A stretch of DNA of 64,000 bases. It comes from Octopus vulgaris. Its lineage: Eukaryota. The stretch is from NCBI GenBank assembly GCA_951406725.2, contig OX597820.1, positions 22,258,001 through 22,322,000 on the forward strand, written 5' to 3'. Below the pieces are notes generated by a model. That model searched no databases. It was not told where the DNA came from and worked only from the letters and a program-made list of their open reading frames with translations. Below, one piece after another: positions 53,758 through 64,000 of the stretch. Position 1 is the stretch's first letter, and each line of letters starts with the position of its first letter. Both the position numbers and the translations under genes were made by a program.

Positions 53758-54361
53758 TGTACTCCACTCAAGTTTGCCATCATTTAAGTCTCTCAGCTAA
53801 CAGATTTTCCAAAGCAACATTGTTCAGCATGTACAATACAAACTGCATTAGCGAAGCATCACTTTATCAACATGACACTGCACTTAACGTTGTCAATGAA
53901 TGCCGTCTGCTGTTGAGCCACTGGAAAATTTGTGCAATTGTTTCGGTTTCTTAGAAAGAGAAGAAGAAAAATCAGTAAGGGATACAAGATAGAAATATCC
54001 TTGTCCTCTTTGTTGATGTTGACATTGTGAATACTACCTCTGCTGTTGCTGCTGCAGGTAATGTTGTTGGTGTCGTCTTGTTATAACAATAATTTCATGA
54101 GAATCATGAGTAGGAGTGAATAATTAATTGACAGTGAATGGCAGTGGTTTGAGGTTGTAGTGAGAGCAGAGTACATGTTGCTGAGTAATTGGGTGTAGTT
54201 TAACTACTCATAAGAAAGCATACCTGTGTGGTGTCTAAGAAACCAGGTTCACAGCTGAGTGGTCTCGGGTTTTAATTGAACAAATCCATCTCAGTACATA
54301 TTCTCTTTTAAGTCTGGTCTTTTTTGCTGAAGTGCCAGTTGTCTAGTGGTGGAGAGAGAGA

Positions 54362-54394
<33 letters not shown>

Positions 54395-54550
54395 TATATA
54401 AACAATGGGCTTCCACATAGTTTTCATTTACTTGATTCATTCGCAAGGCATTCGGTATCCCAGGACTATAGCAGAAATCTCTTGTTGAAGGTGCCATGCA
54501 GTGGAACTGAACTCAAAACCACCTGCTTAAACACACCGATTCACTGATGG

Positions 54551-54606
<56 letters not shown>

Positions 54607-54930
54607 TATATGATCAATGGGCTTCCACATAGTTTTCATTTACCAGATTCATTCATAAGGCATTCGTTAACCCAGGACTAGAGTAGAAATCTCTTGTCGA
54701 AGGTGCCACGCAGTGGAACTGAACTCAAAACCACCTAGTTACAAAACAAGCTGCTTAATCACACAGCTATGCCTGTGCCTATATTCTTGACTGGCAGCAG
54801 TGGATCTTTAACTATCATTTTCATCATTTAATGCCCATTTTCCATTCTGGCATGGGTTGGATAGTTTGACAGGAGCTGGCCAGCCGTAAAGCAGGACCAG
54901 ACTCCAATTGTCTGTTTTGGTATGGTTTCT

Positions 54931-55365
54931 TATTTCTTTATTGCCCACAAGGGGCTAAACATAGAGGGGACAAACAAGGACAGACAAATGGATTAAGTTG
55001 ATCATATATCGACCCCAGTGCGTAACTGGTACTTATTTAATCGACCCCAAAAGGATGAAAGGCAAAGTCGACCATGGCGGAATTTGAACTCAGAACGTAA
55101 CGGCAGACGAAATAAAGCTAAGCTTTTCGCCCGCCGTGCTATCATTTATTTCCTTATTGCCCACAAGGGGCTAAACATAGAGAGGACAGACAAAGGGATT
55201 AAGTCGATTACATCGACCCCAGTGCGTAACTGGTACTTAATTTATCGACCCCAAAAGATGAAAGGCAAAGTTGACCTCGGCAGAATTTGAACTCAGAACG
55301 TAACAGCAGACGAAATACCGCTAAACTTTTCGCCTGGTGTGCTAACATTTCTGCCAGCTCTCTGC
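54931..55365 (-). mobile_element. SINE B dimer bounded by one ~19-bp TSD
   Basis: ctgttttggtatggtttct (54912-54930) and ctgttttgctatggttcct (55366-55384). Confidence 0.85.
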
Positions 55366-56092
55366 CTGTTTTGCTATGGTTCCTATAGCTGGATGTTCTT
55401 CCTAATACCAAGAATTAAAATTCTTTGGGGTTCATTCTTTGCAAGGTGATGGTGAAGTGGGGTGATGGATAAAATAAGTACCAGTAACATACTAGTACTT
55501 AAGATATCTGTATGATTGATTGATTGCATTTTTCCCCCTTCCCCACAAAAATGCAGCTTTCTTTTCTATATAAGAAATCAATAATTTTTTTCTCTTGCTT
55601 AAACACACCGATTCACTGATATTTAGGATATAAATGGAGTTGTTTGAATGCGATTCACTGATCTATAGAATACAAATGGAGTCGTTTGAATGTTTTATTT
55701 TACATTGCACACATTTCATGAACAATAAATCTAATTGATTACAAGTTTCAAATGATCCAGTAGCTACTTCACTGCATCGACAATAGTCAGAGTGACAAAG
55801 GAAGTGTCTGCGGAAGTCGGGCAGAATAAATATTGTAAGGTATTTTCTTGTATTGACACACCAGTTTATTGGCAATTTTCTCATGGATGTATAGATCTTT
55901 CACCAACACACACACAAATTACTGTTGCCTTAGCAGAGTTTCATTTTAATATTGTATTGTTTATTGTACTAAAAAAATATTTTTTATTGTTCACCCGTTT
56001 CAGTTATTGGACATTGGCCATGCTGGTGTACTGATTTGGAGGGCATTAGTTGAAGACATCCCCCATCCCTCCCCCCAAGTAATTATCTTTAA

Positions 56093-56313
56093 CCCTTTAG
56101 CATTTAAACCAGCCATATCCGGCCAAAAGTATTCTGCCTGTTTTATGTTCAAACTGGCCAGATCTGGTCTCTCACACCAACCCTACAATATCGTTTTAAA
56201 AATCAACAGCTACCTCATCAAAATCTCATAACTACAAGATAATGCATGATTAGTTCAAAATAATGTGGATAAAAAAGGATTAATTTTGGCAGAATAATGC
56301 AAACACTAAAGGG
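56093..56313. mobile_element. piggyBac-type MITE (221 bp)
   Basis: TTAA-ccctttag ... ctaaaggg-TTAA. Partial relatives near 51278-51385 and 61583-62030. Confidence 0.9.
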
Positions 56314-57701
56314 TTAAGTCTGGTAATTCTGTTAGTCTCTTTTGCTAAACTGTTAAGTTATAATGTGGCACTCCGTCGGTTACAATGATGAGAGTTCCAT
56401 TTGAGCTGATCAACAGAACAGCCTGCTCATGAAATTAACATGCAAGTGGCTGAGCACTCCACAGACATGTGTACCCTTAACGTAGTTCTCAGGGAGATTC
56501 AGCGTGACACAAAGAGTGACAAAGCTGGCCTTTTGAAATACAGGTATAACAGAAGCAGGAAGCAGGGTGAGTGTGTTTTATTATAACCCCAGACTGACCA
56601 AAAGACAGACAAAATACCTAGCAGTATTTTGTCTGGCGTGCTAACAATTTTTCTTGCTCACCAAAGCAGCGAGCTGGCAGAAACATTTGCAAGCCAGGCG
56701 AAATGCATAGCAGTATTTCATCTGTCTTTATGTTCTGAGTTCAAATTCCACCGAGGTCAACTTTGCCTTTCATCCTTTCAGGGTCAACAAAGTACCAGTT
56801 GCGTACTGGGACTGATCTAATCGACTGGCCCCTCCTCCAAAATTTCGGTCCTTGTGCGTAAATTAGGAAAGAATATGGATGATGTTAAGGCAGCAAGCTG
56901 GCAGAAATGTTGGCACGCCAGGTGAAATGCTTAGCAGTATTCTGTCTGTCTTTATGTTCTGAGTTCAAATTCCACTGAGGTCAACTTTGCCTTTCATCCT
57001 TTCAGGGTCGATAATTTAAGTACCAGTTGCATACTGCTGTCGATCTAATCAACTGCCTCCTCCCCCAAAATTTCGGGCTTTGTGCCTAGAGCAGAAAAGA
57101 ATGTTCTTTCTCACCACTGTATGTGGTGTGAGTAGTAATTATACAATGACCATTGATGAGTTTGAGATAAGCACCTGGTAAGACTGCGTGTGACCCAGCT
57201 TCAATTTCCAATTAATTCTATTTCACTTCATTTATATCGTTCATACATTTGATTGGAGATGGTAGTGATTGTGGTGGTTGTCATGGTGGTGGTGGTGGTG
57301 GTGATGGTGTTAGGGAACACAAACGTCATGAAATTTCATTGCCCCTCATCACCTCCTTCCACATCTCTGTAAATATGAGACCTCACATTTAATATAAAAG
57401 TAATTATTAATTATAAAAGAGGTAATCGAGAATGGCAATGGCTGTCGTGAACGCAGTAATAGCAAGGATGCTAGGAAAGTGATGGGTGTTGGGTGAGAGT
57501 GGTGATGATGGTGGCAAGAGTTACCATAATTATAATGAAGATAAATGATAATAGATTGGTGGTGGAGGTGGTGGTGGTGGTGGTGGTAGTGTTGGTGCTG
57601 GTGCTAGTTGGATGTTATGATAGTAGTTATTGTGTTAACCCTTTTGATAATATATTTCTGTTGAAATATACTGGCTTTGTTTCAATTAATTTTGATATAA
57701 T

Positions 57702-57885
57702 AGGCGTAGGAGTGGCTGTGTGGTAAGTAGCTTGCTTACAAACCACATGGTTCCAGGTTCAGTCCCACTGTGTGACACCTTGGGCAAGTGTCTTCTACTA
57801 TATACTCGAGCCGACCGAAGCCTTGTGAGTGGATTTGGTAGACAGAAACTGAAAGAAGCTCATCGTATATATGTATGTATGTATG

Positions 57886-57920
<35 letters not shown>

Positions 57921-58125
57921 TTGTGTGTCTGTGTTTGTCCACCCCCCAACATCGCTTGACAACCGATGCTGGTGTGTTTACATCCTCGTAACTTAGCGGT
58001 TTGGCAAAAAGTGACAGACAGAATAAGTACTAGGCTTACAAAGAATAAGTCCTGGGTTCGATTTGCTCTACTAGAGGTGGTGCTTTGCATGGCCACAGTC
58101 AAATTACTGAAACATGTAAAAGAGT
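57702..58125 (+). mobile_element. SINE family A, full length
   Basis: ggcgtaggagtggctgtgtggtaag...ggcaagtgtcttc...catggccacagtc. Confidence 0.9.
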
Positions 58126-58183
58126 AATAATAATATCGAAAAATACCTTAGGAATGAGAACCCAGGTTCGAAATTTCCCCAAG

Positions 58184-58227
58184 ACAACTGATGAAGGCTG
58201 GAGGGTATATCAGCCAAAACATTGTGT
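58184..58227 (+). ncRNA. Degenerate type I hammerhead-like motif in a short repeat (58135-58280)
   Basis: acaa-CTGATGA-a-GGCTG-gagggtatat-CAGCC-aAAAC-aTT-gtgt. The related copy at 51059-51073 retains cagccGaaac. Confidence 0.5.
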
Positions 58228-58629
58228 TAACAACAAACAAGATGAGGACAAATATCCATTAAATGTAAATAATGTTCATAAAGGATAGTTTCCTATTTTC
58301 GTGGCATATATATTCCCCACCTGGACAGGATGTCAGTCCATCACATGATTACTCATTTTTGCCAGCTTAGTGAAATGATGTGTTTAACTCAAGAACACAA
58401 TACATCACCCTGTCCAGGAATCGAAACCACAAACTTATGATCACAAGACCAACAGCCTAACCACTAAACAACACGCCTCTTTACAGGTGCACATGTGCCA
58501 CTCTTCAGGTGTTAAAGTGATCACAGAACAACATAAAATGGAATGTTTTGCTCAAGAATATAACACGTCGCCTGGTCTGGGAATTGAAACTACAATCTTG
58601 CAATCATGACCATGATGCCCTAACCACTT

Positions 58630-58862
58630 AAAGGAGGCAAGCTGGCAGAAACATTAGCTCGCCGGGCGAAATGCTTAGCAGTATTTCATCTGTCTTTACG
58701 TTCTGAGTTCAAATTCCACCGAGGTTGACTTTGCTTTTCATCCTTTCGGGGTCGATAAATTAAGTACCAGTTACGCACTGGGGTCGATGTAATCGACTTA
58801 ATCCCTTTGTCTGTCCTTGTTTGTCCCCTCTATGTTTAGCCCCTTGTGGGCAATAAAGAAAT
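58630..58862 (+). mobile_element. SINE family B with TSD atgatgccctaacca
   Basis: TSD at 58612-58626 and 58863-58877. Confidence 0.9.
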
Positions 58863-59156
58863 ATGATGCCCTAACCATTCAGCCACATGTCATATGTATG
58901 CTGTTTATTAACCACCTTAATCCCTTTGTCTGTCCTTGTTTGTTCCCTCTATGTTTAGCCCCTTGTGGGCAATAAAGAAATATGATGCCCTAACCATTCG
59001 GCCACATGTCATATGTATGCTGTTTATTAACCACCTTAATCCCTTTGTCTGTCCTTGTTTGTTCCCTCTATGTTTAGCCCCTTGTGGGCAATAAAGAAAT
59101 ATGATGCCCTAACCATTCGGCCACATGTCATATGTATGCTGTTTATTAACCACCTT
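58797..59156. repeat. 119-bp tandem repeat x3 (SINE B tail plus flank)
   Basis: cttaatccctttgtc at 58797, 58916 and 59035. Units nearly identical. Confidence 0.95.
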
Positions 59157-59681
59157 TAGTCTCCCTCCCCCCACCCACCCACCTTCTCTCCCAAGAAACC
59201 ATTTCCTTCTGCCCCATTCATAATTGTTTCTTTGTAACAACTTACAGAGTTGCTGCTAACACTTCCTTCCATTCATCAATAATCAGATAAACTAAGCTAG
59301 TGGCACCATTTCTAGCCATTCTGAGGCCGTGTTTCTTTCTTTCCTCAAATGACTATACATAAATACTTGAGACTGTTGTTGTTGTATTTGCTTTTTTGTT
59401 TCATTAATAACTCCAGGATTGGTTGATGCGTCATTTCTCAGTATTCACTGCTACTTGTTATTGAGAATTAATTATTCACAAAAAACTTATAAAGTGTCAA
59501 AAGTAGTCTGTCCTTGTAATGATTAAGTAGGACTGTATCTAAAATTCACATGAGACCTACTTTAATTTCAATTTATAATTTTTTTCTTTTCCATTTTTTT
59601 ATGCACTCACCCACAGCAAATCAAAGGCCTTCCAGCTGTGACCACCCCTGTCTCATCTTTTTTTTTCCTTTTTTTTTTAGT

Positions 59682-60042
59682 ACAGGAGTGGCTGTGTGGT
59701 AAGTAGCTTGCTTACAAACCACATGGTTCCGGGTTCAGTCCCACTGCATGGCACCTTGGGCAAGTGTCTTCTGCTATAGTCTCAGGCCGACCATAGCCTT
59801 GTGAGTGGATTTGGTAGACGGAAACTGAAAGAAGCCCGTCATATATATGTATACATGTGTCTGTGTGTGTGTGTGTGTGTGTTTGTGTGTCTGTGTTTGT
59901 GCCCCCAACATCGCTTGACAACCGATGCTGGTGTGCTTACGTCCCCGTAACTTAGCAGTTCGGCAATAGGAGACCGACAGAATAAGTACCAGGCTTACAA
60001 AGAATAAGTCCTGGGGTTGATTTGCTCGACTAAAGGTGGTGC
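59682..60042 (+). mobile_element. SINE family A, 3' end fused to an RTE-tail fragment
   Basis: Matches family A up to gactaaaggtggtgc, then switches to atccagcc...aaacggatgatg. Confidence 0.85.
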
Positions 60043-60646
60043 ATCCAGCCATTGAAATCCTGCCAAAACAGATGACTGGGGCCTGGTGCAGCCCTCCAAC
60101 ATGCCAACCCCTGTCAAACTGTACAATCCATAGAAAACGGATGATGGTGATGATGTGGGAAGAAGGGTGATGGTGATAGTCGAGACAGTAGTGTATCAAG
60201 AAGTAAACAATTTCCGGCACTCAACAAGTTATGATTTCTCAATATAAGTAGCGGTGAATATCAATAAATGACATTTCAGACTATCCTGGAGTTGTAAAAG
60301 TGGTTTTAAATGGTCATCATTGTTTTTTTTTCCTCTCTCTCTCTTACGTGTTCAAAAGCATGTTTCTCACGTCGTTGCTCCTATTTGTGCGGTTAAACTT
60401 CAACTCTTCACTTATCACCAGGACTTCTGGTTTATAAGTAGTTCCCTGGTCGCCGTTGTTCTACACAACTTTCTTCTCTTGTACATTCTCACAGTGACTC
60501 ATCTTCCACTAGTTCTCATCCTTTCCTTGTTGCTCTCCTCTCTTGTATAAGAAGTATTCCTACTTGAGTTAGTTTCTTTCTTCAAAAATCTCTATTTTGG
60601 AATTCTTTTTCCATCTTCTTTCTCAGATAAATATGATCTTATCAAG

Positions 60647-60681
<35 letters not shown>

Positions 60682-60692
60682 AATAATTATAA

Positions 60693-61250
60693 AATGCCCT
60701 GATGCAGTACCAGGCAGTGGCTCTCATGGCTTCTGATCTTAACCGATTGGAAGTGTTATCATGTACATTGTTTTGTCTTGGTATAAAAGATGGGCTATAG
60801 CAAATATTCTGCTCAATACTGCAGATTTGCTTGTCAGTTGTTTGACCATAACCAATTGACCATGTCCCTTAGTGGCTGACGATATGTGCATCTCTGATCA
60901 CGAGCAGAAGTAGTGGGGGGGCATCATAGCCATGTGTTGAAAGGAATTCTTAGAGGTGTGGATAATTCACTTTTGGAAACATGGGTGGTTCATTCAACAT
61001 CCTTAAACAATCCTTATTCAGGGACCTTTTGAGTGGGATGGGCTACTTGACCAGAAGAAAATTCTACCTGGGCCCCACCTGCAAGGTCATGCGTTGTTTA
61101 TCTTGATATGAGATCACCATGTCGCGCACATATGGTTGTGATGCATGTGCCTGGTGTACCTTTATCAGACGGGTAATCATGATGGGTATATTGGGCTTCG
61201 TATATTTTACCCCAGTTTCACTTTGATGGCATGCACTGCTCTCTCGCTCA
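60693..61250 (-). mobile_element. Family D element, flanked by (TAA)n on both sides
   Basis: Reverse complement of 52662-53212. Confidence 0.8.
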
Positions 61251-62849
61251 ATAATAATAATAATAATAATGATCCTTTCTACTAAAGGCACAAGGTCTGA
61301 AATTATGGGGGAGGTGGAACATAATTTATCGAACCTGAAAGGATGAAAGGCAAAATCAACCTCAGTGGTATTTGAACTCAAACCATAGCGGCAGACGAAA
61401 TACCACTAAGCATTTCGCCCAGCGTGCTAACGATAATAGAATAAAAGAATACAGTTCCTATTAATGTTTAATTACAAAATATATAATAGTATTTCTTAAA
61501 CATTGAATGGTTGTGAGGGTCCACCCCAGTAAATTAGAAATCAGAAGGTTACATAGGTAAAATATGGTTGAGAAACTCTTCTTTAACCTTTTACCATTTA
61601 ATCTGGCCCTATCTACCCTATACATTTATTTCTTTATTGCCCACAGGGGGCTAAACATAGAGGTGTCAAACAAAGACAGACAAAGGGATTGAGTCAATTA
61701 CATCAACCCTAGTGCATAACTGGTACCTATTTAATCGACCCTGGAAGGATGAAAGGCAAAGTCGACCTAGGCAGAGTTTGAACTCTGAATGTAGCGGCAG
61801 ACAAAATACCGCTAAGCATTTCTCCCAATGTGCTAACGATTTTGCCACTTACCTCCCTCCTAACAATTCTGCCAGCTTGCTGCCCTCATATATTCTACCA
61901 GTTTTATGTTAAAACTGACCAGATCCACCTTCTCGCACCTACCCTACAATGTCATTCTAAAAGTATACAAAACATACTATTGAAATTTTGACGCTACAAG
62001 ATAATGCATGGTTAATTCATAACAATGTGTTTGTGCCACATAAAAAGCACTAATTCCACTCTGCTGAGTGGTTGGTGTTAAGAAGGGCATCCAGCTGTAA
62101 AAATCCTGCCAAAATAGTCATAAAAGTCTGGTGCAGGCTTTGGCCTGGCCGGCTCTTGTGGTACCGTCCCACCCATGCTAGCATGGAACACAGATGTTAA
62201 ATAATGATGCTGATGATGATGAATATGAATAAATAAGAAATGCACTTGTCAAGGGAATTTGAATGCAAAGGGGTTTGTGTGTCAATGCATGTCAGTGAAA
62301 GTATGCAAGAAAGTGCGTACTCTCATGAAGTACACATGTATTCATCGATACGCACATACACACACACTCTCAGACACCTGCAGGTTGCTGACTAAATATT
62401 CTAGTAAATGTTATCTCTGTTGTAGATCAACCCATCCAGGGGCTGAGTAAAAGGGTGGGTCTGCTAAACATAAACAACCACAGCAACCCTCTATCTGTAA
62501 CATGAGTAAAACAAAATTAAAAAAAAAAAAAGATTAGCAAGTTTTCTCTCCTGTAACTTTTAATGGCTATAAAGACAGCCCGGGAATAAAATGTCAGTTT
62601 ATTCATACGGATAAGAGAAAGGCATCATCAGGCTTCTAAAAACTGGTGAGATGGTGGTGGAGGTTGACTGGGACGGCTGATAGGGGGAAGATTTGTGAAA
62701 CACTCCTCCTCAAAGTAATAACAAATATACTCTGATTCATGATGCCTGGTACACTAAGATAAAGTGAGATCACAGGGTATGTGGATAAGTGTATGTAGCT
62801 GTGTATTTACATATATATATATGTGTATGTGTGTGTGTGTGCATGTATT

Positions 62850-62912
<63 letters not shown>

Positions 62913-63648
62913 GTGTGCGCATGTATTTATGTATATATATGCATGTATGTATTAGGTGTGTATGTGTGTGTATATATATTAGAAAAATTATATAAATTAG
63001 AAAAAAAACACTTTTTATCAATTCAAAATGAACAATTAAATTACACCATCTAGAAAATTACATATAATAGTAATATTTAATTTAAAATAATAATGTACCT
63101 ATGATTAAGTAAATTGCAAAATAATAATAAAAACGTATATATTTGGTAGAATATATGTTTTTTTTCTAATTTTTATATATATTTCATATTTTGTGAAAAT
63201 TTGATTTAGTATTTCTAAATTGAATTTTTCCCTGTAAGTTAGGAATAGTATTCCCTCAAATAATTATTTTATATATATATTAAAATTGAGGGAAATACAA
63301 GAAGAAACTGGAGAATAAATGGATGTAATTACTGATTTATTTGCATGTTGTAGAAAGATGCCGTTTTTTTCTTTAAAAAAACATTACAAATAAATTGGAA
63401 GTTAAGAGCTTAGAATAATTAAGAAAAATAGCGTAAGAAGAACCTACATATATGTTTCTGTCAAACCAATAAGTAGATGGGAATCTCCAAAATACATTTA
63501 ATGTCAAGGAAATTAACTATATATATATATATAACATATGTATTTATGTGTAGATATGCTTGTGTGTGTGTGTGTGTGTGTATAATATGCACATATGTAT
63601 GTGTGTGTGTAGATGCATGTACATATATATGTGCTTGCGTGTGTGTGC

Positions 63649-63695
<47 letters not shown>

Positions 63696-63943
63696 TATAT
63701 AAATTTAAAATTAAGGATAAAATCTTTATAAGAAATTATCAGTAGTTAGCATGAAAAACCTCATAAGAGAAAAAATCTGTAAATTTTTCCACTTTGAAAA
63801 TATTTATTTATATTATATAGAGGGTACTATTATTCATAGGTACCGCACGCTAGGAGGGACTTTTGCAGTCAAAACTACTAAAATAAACAAATTGTACCGA
63901 ATGCAAAACTTCAAAGCAAGTCATTTAGAAACAGAATTTAGTT

Positions 63944-64000
63944 ACATATCACTGTGATTTCGCAATCAATGCAGAATATGCATTCTATGCTCTTCAGTGC
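63944..64000 (-). ncRNA. Type I hammerhead ribozyme with intact catalytic core (stem I cut by the window edge)
   Basis: Minus strand: GCA-CUGAAGA-GCA.uag.AAUGCA.uauuc.UGCAUU.gau.UGC-GAA-AUCA.cag.UGAU-A-UGU. All core nucleotides, stems II and III, AUA triplet. Confidence 0.7.

Overview
AT-rich eukaryotic DNA, dense in microsatellites and non-LTR/DNA-transposon relics. The repeat families resemble those I recall from octopus (inference, no database search). Only one host coding segment is credible: a 1.5 kb + strand exon (45620-47128) encoding a 447-aa low-complexity N-terminus with clathrin-box-like and FDP motifs, a tentative class II PI3-kinase. A possible 61-nt upstream 5'-UTR exon lies at 19820-19880. 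The rest is tRNA-derived SINEs (my labels A, B, E), LINE 3' fragments (CR1-type, RTE, Tx1-like), a decayed DD37D/maT transposon, hAT/piggyBac/Tigger-type MITEs, a nested Helitron, foldback palindromes and local tandem duplications. Most interesting: (i) hammerhead-ribozyme motifs, one with an intact core at 63944-64000 (-); (ii) an RTE 3' UTR built from tandem two-hairpin/pseudoknot modules; (iii) two SINE-LINE tail partnerships visible within the window; (iv) long inverted repeats that could form dsRNA. No rRNA, CRISPR array or intact tRNA gene was seen. Repeat boundaries were read by eye and are approximate.
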